Shown: positions 32,714 to 43,223, numbered from the stretch's first letter. The stretch is DNA of 64,000 bases from an uncultured Gammaproteobacteria bacterium (GCA_965230895.1 OZ246394.1:1377887-1441886); one strand, 5' to 3'. Made by a program: numbers and translations. Notes: generated by a model not told the origin, from the sequence alone.

Positions 32714-34099
32714 ATGGTAAACAAAAAAACAACCCAACCCTTAGCTGTTGACGAACTTGTCGGCAAACCAGCGCCTGCTCCTAAAGAAGAAACTCAACCA
32801 GAACCAGTAGCTGCTGAGACAACTGCATCAGCTGAAGCTCCTGCTCAAACAGATGCTCCACGTCCACAACGAATTCATATTGGTGGTGACCGAGGCGAAA
32901 GAAATGATTATCACGGTCGAGACAATAGAGATAGAGGACATTATCAGCGAAATAATTATCAGCAACGAGATCGTCGTGACGAAGAGCAAGGTCCTACTGA
33001 AGAAGTAAAAGGATTTTTAGATACACAACCAGAAGGACATGGTTTCCTCCGACCAAAATTTATTCACTCAAGTCGAGACATTTATATCTCTCAATCACAA
33101 ATCCGAAGATTTATGCTTCGAGCTGGTGATTTAGTTGAAGGTGTTGCTCGTCCGCCAAAGGATACAGAGCGATACTACGGACTGCTTAAAGTCGAGAAAG
33201 TAAATGGTATGGCGGCTGAAGAAGCGATGAAACGACCATTCTTTGACGACTTAACTCCAATTTATCCAAATAAGCAATTAGTTCTTGCAACAGATGCGAC
33301 ACCGTTATCAACTCGTATGATTGATCTTATCGCGCCAATTGGTTTTGGGCAGAGAGGTATGATCGTATCTCCTCCAAAAGCAGGTAAAACAACAATCCTT
33401 AAGCAAATTGCAGCAGGAATTACAGCTAATTTCCCAGATGTTCATTTGATGGCTGCATTGATTGGAGAACGACCTGAAGAAGTTACGGATATCAGTATGT
33501 CAGTTAAAGGCGAAGTTGTGGCAAGTCACTTTGATGAACCACCAGAGAATCAAACTCGTGTTGCTGAAATCACCATAGAACGTGCAAAGCGTATGGTAGA
33601 GCTTGGAAAAGACGTCGTTATACTTCTTGACTCAATTACACGTCTTGCACGAGCATACAATCTCTCTGTTGAACCATCTGGACGTACGTTGTCTGGAGGT
33701 TTTGATCCAGCAGCGTTACATCCAGCAAAGAGATTCTTTGGAGCAGCTCGAAATTGCCAAGAAGGTGGATCATTGACGATTATTGGTACGGCTTTGGTTG
33801 AAACAGGTTCACGCATGGATGATTTGATCTATGAAGAATTCAAAGGTACTGGTAACATGGAACTTCATTTGGATCGAAAACTCGCAGAACGTCGTATTTT
33901 CCCATCAATCAATATCGAGCGATCAGGTACTCGTGGAGAAGAGAGAATTCTTCCAGAAGCTTCATATCAGAAGATCGTTACAATGCGTCGTATGATGGAT
34001 ATGCTTAATGATGACGAGCGAACAATGCGGTTGGTCGAACAACTTGGTAAAGCAAAGACAAATGCAGATTTTCTTGAGCAACTTGGTAAAGGTGCTTAA
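32714..34099 (+). CDS. rho: Transcription termination factor Rho
   Basis: GHGFLR, DIYISQSQIRRF, GQRGMIVSPPKAGKT, LLDSITRLARAYN, EEFKGTGNME. Confidence 0.96.
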   Translation: MVNKKTTQPLAVDELVGKPAPAPKEETQPEPVAAETTASAEAPAQTDAPRPQRIHIGGDRGERNDYHGRDNRDRGHYQRNNYQQRDRRDEEQGPTEEVKGFLDTQPEGHGFLRPKFIHSSRDIYISQSQIRRFMLRAGDLVEGVARPPKDTERYYGLLKVEKVNGMAAEEAMKRPFFDDLTPIYPNKQLVLATDATPLSTRMIDLIAPIGFGQRGMIVSPPKAGKTTILKQIAAGITANFPDVHLMAALIGERPEEVTDISMSVKGEVVASHFDEPPENQTRVAEITIERAKRMVELGKDVVILLDSITRLARAYNLSVEPSGRTLSGGFDPAALHPAKRFFGAARNCQEGGSLTIIGTALVETGSRMDDLIYEEFKGTGNMELHLDRKLAERRIFPSINIERSGTRGEERILPEASYQKIVTMRRMMDMLNDDERTMRLVEQLGKAKTNADFLEQLGKGA

Positions 34100-34231
34100 A
34101 ATCCTATAGAGCTCCACTTAAGGTAGAAAAATACTCATCTGTTCTCGCTATAATATAGCTAAAAATTTGACGCACCACCTGAAATTTGATACTATCTAAC
34201 CTCAGAAGCGGGGTCTGCCGCCCTTACTCCT

Positions 34232-35359
34232 ATGCACAAACGGACACAACATAGACTTGCTTTGCGGATGAGAAGCATCTTCGTCGAGACCAAAGAATTC
34301 TTTGACTTTGTTTTTTACTATTTTAAAAAGAAAGTTGTGACTTCCTCAGTTCGATTTGAGAAGAATAAAAATCAAATGGTTAAGTTCTTCCTTATGAAGC
34401 GTGGAAGATATAATCGACCGTTCTTGCATCTTACTACCATGGGTGTGTTAGGTATTGGAGTTACTATAGCGCCTTTCCTTGCTGACACATATCCTATCTT
34501 TGCATCGCAACAACAAAACCTCAATATTGCCGCATCATCAGCTGAAAAACAATCTGTTCTGGTTGGTGAGGAAGTTTTTCAAACAGAAGTTTCACAAAAG
34601 CCAAGAGACAAGATAATTACGTATCGTGTTGAACGTGGTGATACCTTGTCAACAATTGCGAAAAAGTTTGCTGTTTCAGAAGACACAATTACCTGGGCAA
34701 ATGACCTTAATGGTGATGAATTGAGTATCGGTGATGAACTGAAGATTCTTCCTGTTTCAGGTATCTCCCACAAAGTTGCAGAAGGTGAAACAATCTACAC
34801 AGTGGCGAAGAAATATAATACAGAACCGCAGAAAATTGCTGATTTTCCGTTTAATGAATTTGCCGGAAATGGCGAAACTTTAGCCTTGGTAACTGGGCAA
34901 ATCCTTATCGTTCCTGATGGTATCAAGCCTTCAGAACGGCCTGTGATTAGACAGCAAGTACAAATTGCTCGTGGGCCAATTCCAGTTGCTTCAGGTGGAT
35001 ACACATATCCAATTCATGGTGGTATCAGTCAGTACTACAGTTGGTATCATCCTGGTTTGGATATCACTTCACCGGTTGGTACACCAATCTATGCTGCTCA
35101 TAGTGGTACTGTTACTCGAGTTAGTCTTGGAACCTACGATGGTGGTTATGGTAATAACGTCTGGATAAGCAATGGAAATGGTATAGAGTCTCATTACGCA
35201 CACATGAGTACTGTTAATGTATCAGTCGGACAACGTGTTGTTGGTGGATCTACACAGGTTGGAGCTATCGGTATGACTGGTCGTACGACGGGTCCTCACG
35301 TCCACTTTGAGATGCGATCAGGTGGAAGCTATGTTAATCCACTTGGATACATTCAATAG
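34232..35359 (+). CDS. LysM x2 plus M23 metallopeptidase (peptidoglycan hydrolase)
   Basis: TM helix, YRVERGDTLSTIAKKF LysM, HPGLD and GPHVHFE zinc ligands; TTGACG-N17-TACTAT promoter at 34167. Confidence 0.9.
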   Translation: MHKRTQHRLALRMRSIFVETKEFFDFVFYYFKKKVVTSSVRFEKNKNQMVKFFLMKRGRYNRPFLHLTTMGVLGIGVTIAPFLADTYPIFASQQQNLNIAASSAEKQSVLVGEEVFQTEVSQKPRDKIITYRVERGDTLSTIAKKFAVSEDTITWANDLNGDELSIGDELKILPVSGISHKVAEGETIYTVAKKYNTEPQKIADFPFNEFAGNGETLALVTGQILIVPDGIKPSERPVIRQQVQIARGPIPVASGGYTYPIHGGISQYYSWYHPGLDITSPVGTPIYAAHSGTVTRVSLGTYDGGYGNNVWISNGNGIESHYAHMSTVNVSVGQRVVGGSTQVGAIGMTGRTTGPHVHFEMRSGGSYVNPLGYIQ

Positions 35360-35373
35360 TTCGGGATATCTCT

Positions 35374-37719
35374 TTACTTCAGGAGGCTTCGTTCTTTAGT
35401 GTACATAATCCATAAGAGAAGATTAAAAAGAGAAATAAGGAAGAATGGTAATGTCATTGCTACGCCAAATGAGAATAAGAACATGAGCTCCAGGAGAAAC
35501 GAAACAAACAACGTAAACTCAAAAAGTTCTCCTGCAACATGTTTAAATCCGAGGATGTTTGGTATTTGCACATGATCTTTCGTGTATAACGTTACCATTG
35601 ATTCTTTCTTGGTATCAGTTGCTGAGGTTAACTCCTTTTTAATAAATCCTTCTTTTGTAACAATAAGCTTCAAATACGGCTTATCAAATACATTTCTAAT
35701 CGCAAATCTGCCTATCTTGTTTGTCATTCCATGAGCCAATATCTGGCCAGTTTTTATATCCGCAACTTCAATCCGGACCCCTGTAATCGGATTCTTCTTT
35801 TCATCAATGATAAAGCCATATATATACGCTTCATAATGTTTTCTCCCTGCTACAGCAAGCCCAAAGAAAAAGTATGGGAAGAAGTTCTTCCAAGGGATAT
35901 CGGTTCGTAATTGGAACAAAAGCATAGCCAATCCAGTAATTGAAAGCAGTGCAACTGCTCCAACGAAATAGAATAAGCGTACAGAACTCGACAGGTTTTT
36001 GAAGAGGCTCGTACTGGTGTTTAAAAACTCCTTTGACCAATCATAGAATGTATTTATGAGATAGGTGAGATCAAAAGGATTCTTCTTAAGGCGTACAGTC
36101 GGATATTCTTCACCTTGTGCGGATCCAAGGGTAAACTCTACTGATTTCTGACCATAACCCCAAGCACTCACATCTACTTTATACCGGCCAGGCAAAAGAA
36201 CAGGGGAGACTTCACCAATAGAATTGGAATAAAAGATCATATCTAATGGTTCAAATGCGTTACTTTTTGTATTAAATATTGAGAGCGCAGCTCGTGCATC
36301 AGCAAGTGGAGTATTAAGCTCAGACTCTAGGATTCTAATTGGCGGACCGCTTTTAAAATCAGATATCTTTCTACTCATTATGTTACCTTTTTGATCACTT
36401 TGATACATAAGAACGTTATAGGTTCCTATCTTTCCCGTGCGTAAATGAGCGACATAAGTAATTGAGTCTTTCGTCGCCATCTTTACTCTTCGGTCTATGC
36501 CATCTGGGCCAGAAACGACAATCTCAATAGAGGATGCTTGCTGTGGTTTTGTGAATGTATAAAACACTTGATATTCCGCTGTTGTAGGCAAGATAACAAA
36601 GTTATTGTTGGCCTCTTGATTCAGGATACGCGAGAGTAAAACTGTTTCGCCACTTTTTATAACAACAGCATCATTTTGAGCTTGAGGAACCGTCGATTTC
36701 GCTGCAGTTGTGAATGTAAATATTTCTGAACGGATGCTTTGTCCGCTACTATCAATCGCCACAACTTGGAAGTAATATCGAGTTGATGGGTTCAATTGAG
36801 ATATGGTTAATGTGTTTGATCGAGCAAACGCTGAAGAAATTGCTGTTCTATTCAAGCTTGATTCATCAGTTCCATAAAGGACAGTAACTTGAGCAGGACG
36901 GTTTGTATTGACAGTAACATCCGTAGAAGAATCAGTTATCCGATCAAATCGGACATCAAGTATGCTCACATTATTTGGTTTTTGAGCCGGAGTTGGTGTC
37001 GGTGCTGTAGTTGGTGCCGGTATTGCCGTAGGTTGTGGCCCTGGTGTTGAAGTAGGTCCAGGAGTCGGGGTTGGTGTCATTGTTGGTGTCGGAGTTAGCG
37101 ATGGTATTGGTGTGAGCGTTGGAGTTGGGGTCACGAGGCTCAAATCAAATTGGTATGTCTGAGTCTCTGTTTGGTCTGGAAAGGTTATAAAATCGTTGCT
37201 CAAGCGTGCTCTTGTCGTAAAAGAAACAGGATCAGGTTCTGTATAGTTTTCGTTTGTACGGAGCTGAAATGTCACAGTCTGGTTCGTTGTTCCGGCTGGA
37301 AGTGCTGGGATCGTCCAGGTGATCGTTCTGTTCAGTAAGTCGACAACTGGTACAACTCCGCCATATGCTGTGCTCGCTGAACCAATGACATAATCAAGAA
37401 CATGGCTTCCACCTGGTGCTTCATCATCACGAAAGTCTATCGTGATTGTTGTTTCAGTATCAGTGCCTGCTGAAGCTTGGGCTCCATAGGTAACTTCATA
37501 ATTAAGGACAGTTCTCTGTGGTACAGTTGTCTGTCCATCAGAGGCAAAGTTGAATTGAAAGTCACCTTGGCTCGGTGGAACAATAGCTGTAACAGAAAAG
37601 TCCCTTCGCTCTTGGACTTGCGCATATAATTGGGTTTGGACTGTTGGCAAAAGCAATAATGTAATGATGGCAGTCACGATAAAGATTATTTTGGATTTCA
37701 GGTTATATTTCATTCTCAT
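35374..37719 (-). CDS. Multidomain surface/membrane protein (Ig-like domain, PT-rich linker, FN3/purple-acid-phosphatase-N-like domain, carboxypeptidase-regulatory-like domains, TMs)
   Basis: Signal peptide, (TP)n linker, LNPSTRYYFQV FN3 motif, PGRYKVDV, internal and C-terminal TM helices. Confidence 0.75.
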   Translation of the reverse strand: MRMKYNLKSKIIFIVTAIITLLLLPTVQTQLYAQVQERRDFSVTAIVPPSQGDFQFNFASDGQTTVPQRTVLNYEVTYGAQASAGTDTETTITIDFRDDEAPGGSHVLDYVIGSASTAYGGVVPVVDLLNRTITWTIPALPAGTTNQTVTFQLRTNENYTEPDPVSFTTRARLSNDFITFPDQTETQTYQFDLSLVTPTPTLTPIPSLTPTPTMTPTPTPGPTSTPGPQPTAIPAPTTAPTPTPAQKPNNVSILDVRFDRITDSSTDVTVNTNRPAQVTVLYGTDESSLNRTAISSAFARSNTLTISQLNPSTRYYFQVVAIDSSGQSIRSEIFTFTTAAKSTVPQAQNDAVVIKSGETVLLSRILNQEANNNFVILPTTAEYQVFYTFTKPQQASSIEIVVSGPDGIDRRVKMATKDSITYVAHLRTGKIGTYNVLMYQSDQKGNIMSRKISDFKSGPPIRILESELNTPLADARAALSIFNTKSNAFEPLDMIFYSNSIGEVSPVLLPGRYKVDVSAWGYGQKSVEFTLGSAQGEEYPTVRLKKNPFDLTYLINTFYDWSKEFLNTSTSLFKNLSSSVRLFYFVGAVALLSITGLAMLLFQLRTDIPWKNFFPYFFFGLAVAGRKHYEAYIYGFIIDEKKNPITGVRIEVADIKTGQILAHGMTNKIGRFAIRNVFDKPYLKLIVTKEGFIKKELTSATDTKKESMVTLYTKDHVQIPNILGFKHVAGELFEFTLFVSFLLELMFLFSFGVAMTLPFFLISLFNLLLWIMYTKERSLLK

Positions 37720-37760
37720 TCAAGCATACAAAATCGCAGCAGCCTGAGCAAGGCTAGAGA

Positions 37761-38171
37761 TTATTTAACGGTGATAATAAGCTTCTCATTCTGATTATTT
37801 CGGTCAGCAACTGCAAAAGTACCCTTCTTATTAAACTGCATCTGAACGGCTTCCATATGCCCGTAGCCGCGTGGAGTTGTTAATTCTGGAGTAGTTGCTA
37901 TCAATGACATTAATTCAGTCTCATTGGTGTTTACAATTTGGATATAGCGAGTGAATCCAATCGTCACCGCATGCTTGCTAAACTTTTTTCCATCAAAGGT
38001 AACTTTCGTTATCAATGGATCATTTTGTGTACCTCCAACTGTAGTTGGTTCTGGTATCACAATTTGTTTGACATCAGAAAATCCGTTTTGCAAAACTTCA
38101 GGAAAGAAAAATGCATGTGTTAAAAATCCCGCAGCAAAAAATAAAATGCTCAGGAATATATTTTTTTTCAT
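37761..38171 (-). CDS. Small membrane-anchored beta-sandwich protein (cupredoxin-like, no copper ligands evident)
   Basis: N-terminal TM; FSKHAVTI, FNKKGTF and LIITVK pattern. Confidence 0.55.
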   Translation of the reverse strand: MKKNIFLSILFFAAGFLTHAFFFPEVLQNGFSDVKQIVIPEPTTVGGTQNDPLITKVTFDGKKFSKHAVTIGFTRYIQIVNTNETELMSLIATTPELTTPRGYGHMEAVQMQFNKKGTFAVADRNNQNEKLIITVK

Positions 38172-38178
38172 ATGAGGA

Positions 38179-39123
38179 TTATCTGAACAATGCCTTTAAA
38201 GCCTTGCCGAGACGCTTTCGCATGAGGTAAAGAAGGAATAATACTACAAGTGCACCTGCAGCGATTTTAACAGGGAAGACATAGAAGGTTGTGGTAGCTG
38301 AAAGGCTTTGATTTTGGGAACCATAGTACATAAGCGCAGTCGCTTTATAGCTTCCGATAAGGAATTTGTTGCTTAATTCAGAACGGAGAACTCGTTCTGC
38401 AGATGGGAAAACGTTTGTTCCAGGAACAACAATATCTGCAACTTTACGACCGAACATATCTGTCACATTGACGAGCCCAAAAGTCTTGACGTGGACATTG
38501 CCACTATTGGCAAATGTTAAGTTAAATGGAACTGGTCCATATTCAGAAAAAGTCGGTGCTTCAATTGATTTCAATTCGAGCTTCTCATCAACTGGACCGC
38601 TTACTTTAACAAGGAACAATGATGCGATTTCTTGAGAAAGTGATGCTGAATTTGGATCAGCATTTTCTGGTTTCACGCCAAAGACAAATGATCCAAATCT
38701 GCCTCCAGCAGCATCAGCTGGTGCTTTGATTATTGCTGTAACTTCCTGTTCAGCACCTGGTTGCAGTGTAAATGTCGAAGGTGAAACATTGGTCCAAGAA
38801 GCAACACTATATGGACTATCTGCTGTTAATTCAATTTGTCCTTCATCACCTTTGGCTGTAAAGTCTTCTATTCGAACTGTAACTGGTACGGAAGTATTGC
38901 TTTTATTTCTGAGGGTTGCTTTAACGGTTGTTGTCTTTCCCGGGTCGATAGATACTTCTTGTGATGGTGGAGAAACCTCAAGCCCTTGTCCTGGCACTTG
39001 TGCGGTTACATAATCGTGAATTGAATAGGCGAGCGTTGTCCCTCCTACAACTAACAAAACACTGAGCAATGCCCAGGATGCTTTATTCATTCCGTGGAGC
39101 TTGTTCAATAGTGTATGTTTCAT
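38179..39123 (-). CDS. DUF916/WxL-interacting-like protein (chaperone-like Ig domains plus C-terminal TM)
   Basis: GLEVSP, LRNKS, FTLQPG, GGRFGSFVF, NSGNVH, GSYKA, TM plus basic tail. Confidence 0.75.
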   Translation of the reverse strand: MKHTLLNKLHGMNKASWALLSVLLVVGGTTLAYSIHDYVTAQVPGQGLEVSPPSQEVSIDPGKTTTVKATLRNKSNTSVPVTVRIEDFTAKGDEGQIELTADSPYSVASWTNVSPSTFTLQPGAEQEVTAIIKAPADAAGGRFGSFVFGVKPENADPNSASLSQEIASLFLVKVSGPVDEKLELKSIEAPTFSEYGPVPFNLTFANSGNVHVKTFGLVNVTDMFGRKVADIVVPGTNVFPSAERVLRSELSNKFLIGSYKATALMYYGSQNQSLSATTTFYVFPVKIAAGALVVLFLLYLMRKRLGKALKALFR

Positions 39124-40265
39124 TAGTATGTTGGTGTAGCAACGAGAATGACTGTTCCTGTATATGCTCCAGCAGGCTGAATACCATTAACTTCTGCTTC
39201 CCAACCTAATCGGACTGTTTCATTTGTAACTCCAGCAGCACTACAGATAACTTCTGCACCTGCTGTTGATGATCCTGCCCATTTCGCTCCACCACTTGTG
39301 AATCTTGCAGCAGTTCCAGTACAAAGCGTTGCATCTTCAGTTGAATATCCAAAGTATCCTGTGTTTGTATTTGCTGTTGTACCTGCTGGTGAACTCCATG
39401 TTGTTGGTGAAGCATTTGTGCCAGTCCAAGTATCAATATTATTTGTCGACCCTGAAATCAATGGAGGATTCCCCGATTGAGCATTTGCTGAATGAGATGC
39501 TGTCACTGTATAACCGTTCGCTGCGTTCGTACTGATTGTTACATCATGTGCTGCGATCTTTGGAGCACCATTTGCTAATGTTCCGAAAGGAATAGTTGTT
39601 GCAGTTGAAGTTACGTTAACGTTTCCTGATCCACCGTTGAAGTTTCCACCAGTTGAAACGCCAGCGACACTAAAGGAAAAGCTTGGATCAACCGTAGCTG
39701 AAACTGCAATTGAAGTTGTATCTAATACTGCAAATGCTGCAGTTGTTGGGCCGTCGATAACGGTTGAACCAGTGTCTGAATAGGTAGTTGTTCTTGCATA
39801 ATATGTTGTATTAGCACCTGATGGGTTCGTGACTCCTGTGAAGTTAACAAACATAGCCTGAGTTGATTGGGTTGATGGAGTAGTGACAACTACTCGAAAT
39901 GCATTTGCAGATGGAGCGGAGTTTGTTCTTCCGGTACCAGCGATGTTGTCAGTTTGAATTGTTGGGGTTCCTGAATTAAATCCAGCAGGAGCATTACATG
40001 TTCCAGAAGCGGTGGTACAAATCTGGATATCAATTTGTTTGATCGCAGTAGTAGCTGTCGTCGTCCAGTTAAACCCATAGGTAACATTGGATGCAGATGC
40101 TTGCGAATTGTTAATAGTTACTTTGTAGCTCGTTAATGTGCCGGCATTTGCTTTCGCTGCATACATATTTACTACAGGGGGGAGAAGCAGTAATAAGATT
40201 AAGAGCAAAGTCGATGTAATCTTTATCTGTGTTTTTGTAAGATTTTTCAATTTTTGAGCAGACAT
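39123..40265 (-). CDS. WxL-like / pilin-like secreted surface subunit
   Basis: Signal peptide; SFSFSV, IPFGTL, STNAANGYTV, YFGYS, C-terminal AGAYTGTVILVATPTY. Confidence 0.7.
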   Translation of the reverse strand: MSAQKLKNLTKTQIKITSTLLLILLLLLPPVVNMYAAKANAGTLTSYKVTINNSQASASNVTYGFNWTTTATTAIKQIDIQICTTASGTCNAPAGFNSGTPTIQTDNIAGTGRTNSAPSANAFRVVVTTPSTQSTQAMFVNFTGVTNPSGANTTYYARTTTYSDTGSTVIDGPTTAAFAVLDTTSIAVSATVDPSFSFSVAGVSTGGNFNGGSGNVNVTSTATTIPFGTLANGAPKIAAHDVTISTNAANGYTVTASHSANAQSGNPPLISGSTNNIDTWTGTNASPTTWSSPAGTTANTNTGYFGYSTEDATLCTGTAARFTSGGAKWAGSSTAGAEVICSAAGVTNETVRLGWEAEVNGIQPAGAYTGTVILVATPTY

Positions 40266-40319
40266 AGGGCAAGATAAAACTATCAGTACATTAAGAATAA
40301 ATTAAAGAGCTGTGCGATG

Positions 40320-41252
40320 TCAAGGACGAATTAAGGCTTTTATAGCCTCAGAAAAGCGTTTTCGTTTAAGAATTATAAACAGTAAGAATATTAAGACTAA
40401 GACAAGCCCGAATGCATGAGCAAACGGAAATACAATAAAATATCTTTCATCTGTAATAGTTTGACCGTTGCCTGTCGAGACGGTTAGCGCTGCCCTATAA
40501 ATGTTTGGAGAAAGACCTTGAATTTTAGCTTCTTCAGTCCATCTTCGGACACCACCTGGGAATATGATTTTCTCTTCAAGTTCGATCTTTTGTTTGCTGG
40601 TTGCTGGAATAAGTGGTTCAACTGTCAGATCTGGTTTTGCTGAGAAGAAATTCAAGGCGATATTTTTAACGCGTAATAATAAAGGAACTGTACCTTCTTG
40701 ATTCCAGTAAGGTAAAGAAAAATCAAGAATCTCAGCTTTCTTTGCATTTGGATCTGGAACGCCGATGTTTGCGAGCATTAAAATTCCGACTTTGGCATTA
40801 ACTCTTGTGGCGTCAGTGGGAGCGTTCACTAAAACTGGTTCAAAAAAGAGTACACCATAATATCCACCAACAGGAATTGATTTTGGTGTCTGTATTGCCA
40901 TCTGTAATGTTTTCTTTTCCTTGGGACCGAGGATGAATTCGTTCTCGCTTAATGAAACCCATGAAAGAAGAGGATTCGTTTTTGATTCTTCAAAGATATA
41001 TCCACCTTCTTCGCCACTTGTTATGAAATCATTGAAAGATGCACGCAATGGCATAGGGGATGATGATAAGTTTTCGATTGTCACTTCCTGTTGTATTGTT
41101 TTGTCTGGGGATAAGGAAAGATTCATTATGACAGGTGACACTCGAAGTGTCTGCTCTTGTGCATATGCATTTTGAGCAGATAACAACGATACCACCATTA
41201 ATAATGGGGTCATTAAAGCTAGGTTTATACACTTTGATATATTAAATCTCAT
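40320..41252 (-). CDS. DUF916/WxL-interacting-like protein
   Basis: LRVSP, IENLS, FILGPKE, GGYYGVLFF, VKN, C-terminal TM plus KRKR. Confidence 0.75.
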   Translation of the reverse strand: MRFNISKCINLALMTPLLMVVSLLSAQNAYAQEQTLRVSPVIMNLSLSPDKTIQQEVTIENLSSSPMPLRASFNDFITSGEEGGYIFEESKTNPLLSWVSLSENEFILGPKEKKTLQMAIQTPKSIPVGGYYGVLFFEPVLVNAPTDATRVNAKVGILMLANIGVPDPNAKKAEILDFSLPYWNQEGTVPLLLRVKNIALNFFSAKPDLTVEPLIPATSKQKIELEEKIIFPGGVRRWTEEAKIQGLSPNIYRAALTVSTGNGQTITDERYFIVFPFAHAFGLVLVLIFLLFIILKRKRFSEAIKALIRP

Positions 41253-41268
41253 ATTTAGCCATGAACTA

Positions 41269-42345
41269 TTAATAACTAGGTACAACTATATATAATACGG
41301 TACTACTATACTTAGCTGCCTTTTGAGATGCAGCGGTTTGGACTCTATATGTGATCGTAAATTGCTCGTTAACGATAGCTGAAGTCACAGGTCCTGCATG
41401 ATCAGCTACTGGGTCTCCTGGAGTAGAGGTTGTGAATCCTGCATACTTAGGTCCACCGATGGTGAATCGGTCCGCCGTTCCTCCAGTTAAGCTACTATCA
41501 TTTGTAGTATAGCCGAATCCGTTGCCTGACCATGTCGTTGGTGCTGAATTTGGACTTGAATAATCAGCAATCGTGCCAAATCCTGTTGCCGTAAGTGGTC
41601 CAGTTGATCGTGCGTTAACCACATAACCATTATATGCATTGGTTGAAGTCGTAAGTGTCGTTGTTTTACTACCATCAGTATAGGAATTTCCGGAGTTCAG
41701 ATTGCTGAAAGTTACGTTATTTGAATCAACACTAAAGGTGAGGGAGGGCGTAGTCGTTGCCGCTTGCGCTGTTGGTCCGTATTCACTCTCAGTATAATCT
41801 CCCTGTCTAGCCTTTACTTTAATAGTATATGTTGTTCCTTGTAATAGACCCGTTACATATTCTCCGCTGGCTCCGCCCCAGTCCGTATAAGTTTGGAAAT
41901 CAGCACTTGTTAATGTCGTTCCAATAGTATTGTCACTTTTGATATAGCGGACGTCACTGACGAAATTATCAGAACTTATGGAAATAGCATATTCAGCATC
42001 GGCGGGATTATTGCTTGTATTGAGTATAAATTGTAAGCGGTCATAATTACTCGATGGATTTGTAAAAGTCGGTACTCCAGGGACGTGAGCTTTCATAATA
42101 TAAGTCAGTCCTGACCCCATTTGGAAATTTGTACTCGAAGGTCTCCCAAATTCTATTTGTCCAGCTACGCCATAGAGTCCAAAGTTACTTGAGGTACTAT
42201 TCGTTGTTCCACCGGAACCAAACGAATATTCCTGAATTCTGTAGTTGGTACTGGCTGGGTATGCAGCAAACGCAATAAGGGTGAGAGGTGAGAAATGAGA
42301 TGTTAGAAATATGATCAAAACCAGAATGGGCAGTTTATGTTTCAT
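41269..42345 (-). CDS. WxL-like / pilin-like secreted subunit with FN3 domain
   Basis: S(T/S)N(Y/F) N-terminal repeats, GLLQGTTYTIKVKAR FN3, STNAYNGYVV, FGYTT, C-terminal AAKYSSTVLYIVVPSY. Confidence 0.7.
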   Translation of the reverse strand: MKHKLPILVLIIFLTSHFSPLTLIAFAAYPASTNYRIQEYSFGSGGTTNSTSSNFGLYGVAGQIEFGRPSSTNFQMGSGLTYIMKAHVPGVPTFTNPSSNYDRLQFILNTSNNPADAEYAISISSDNFVSDVRYIKSDNTIGTTLTSADFQTYTDWGGASGEYVTGLLQGTTYTIKVKARQGDYTESEYGPTAQAATTTPSLTFSVDSNNVTFSNLNSGNSYTDGSKTTTLTTSTNAYNGYVVNARSTGPLTATGFGTIADYSSPNSAPTTWSGNGFGYTTNDSSLTGGTADRFTIGGPKYAGFTTSTPGDPVADHAGPVTSAIVNEQFTITYRVQTAASQKAAKYSSTVLYIVVPSY

Positions 42346-42387
42346 ACTAATAGTATACCTACTCACTTGGTACTTTGCATATGGTTG

Positions 42388-42807
42388 CTAGATTGGCAAA
42401 TAGAAGACTTGTAACCCGAAGAGGGCATGGAGGTACTCAAACGTAGCGATCTGAGGAATACTTTTTTTGTTACAGACCACTGACATAATTGCTTTCGAAA
42501 ATGTCAGGTCTACTGAATCGCTCGATTCAACCGTTCTGATGGCTTGCTTCATCTCTGCGGATTCAGGAAAGATGATATTTATAGAACTTAAAGATATTGC
42601 TCTCAGATAATCTCGAGCTAGGGAAGGGCTGATCGTATTGTAGATAGTCGTGTATGTGTCATTCACCGTCATAATGCTTGCATATAGCTGATATTTCTCC
42701 TGGGCGAAGTATCTAAAGTACGCCGAAGCTTGCACATGTTTTGGATGTGCTCGATCTATAAAGGCGATGAAGCCATCTGGTGCTATGTATACTTTTTTAC
42801 TGACCAT
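42388..42807 (-). CDS. PIN (VapC-like) domain protein with a degenerate active site
   Basis: PIN topology (VYI..DGFIAF..R..KH..A, LTFSKA, IATFE) but conserved Asp residues replaced. Confidence 0.65.
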   Translation of the reverse strand: MVSKKVYIAPDGFIAFIDRAHPKHVQASAYFRYFAQEKYQLYASIMTVNDTYTTIYNTISPSLARDYLRAISLSSINIIFPESAEMKQAIRTVESSDSVDLTFSKAIMSVVCNKKSIPQIATFEYLHALFGLQVFYLPI

Positions 42808-42823
42808 AGATTAGGTTTGAAAC

Positions 42824-43108
42824 TTATTTTTCCTGTAATACCAGTCCAGCCCCTCTTCCTTGTAGTCTAAGCAGGGGATCGTCCTGTGTAAATTGTTTGT
42901 CCAATAAACGGTTACTTTTGAAGATTCTTGGTTGTTGTTCTGCGGTTGCTACTTCTTTGTGAAAATCCTGCAATGAGTCTTCTTCTACCCGAATGTTGCC
43001 ACCGACCTTTATCGCTTTTAGTCGTTTGTTCTTTATATACCGACGAACTGTCAGGGGGTGGACTCTAAGAATAAACGCTACTTGCTTAACGCTTAAAAGA
43101 TTATTCAT
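42824..43108 (-). CDS. Excisionase/MerR-like HTH DNA-binding protein
   Basis: LLSVKQVAFILRVHPLTVRRYIKNKRLKAIKVGGNIRV. Confidence 0.85.
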   Translation of the reverse strand: MNNLLSVKQVAFILRVHPLTVRRYIKNKRLKAIKVGGNIRVEEDSLQDFHKEVATAEQQPRIFKSNRLLDKQFTQDDPLLRLQGRGAGLVLQEK

Positions 43109-43223
43109 ATATCTATAGAGTAAAACGTATTGGCTGGAGAGTAAAGAGCCACTTTTATCTATCCATGAAAAAGTATGCATTTGATAACAATGCTATGCAA
43201 TTTTATACAAGTTTTGTGAAAAT

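Noticed and set aside
36980-37135. Tandem GGTGT/GGAGT-like repeats
   Set aside because: They encode the Pro-Thr linker of the 781-aa surface protein and are not an independent repeat element
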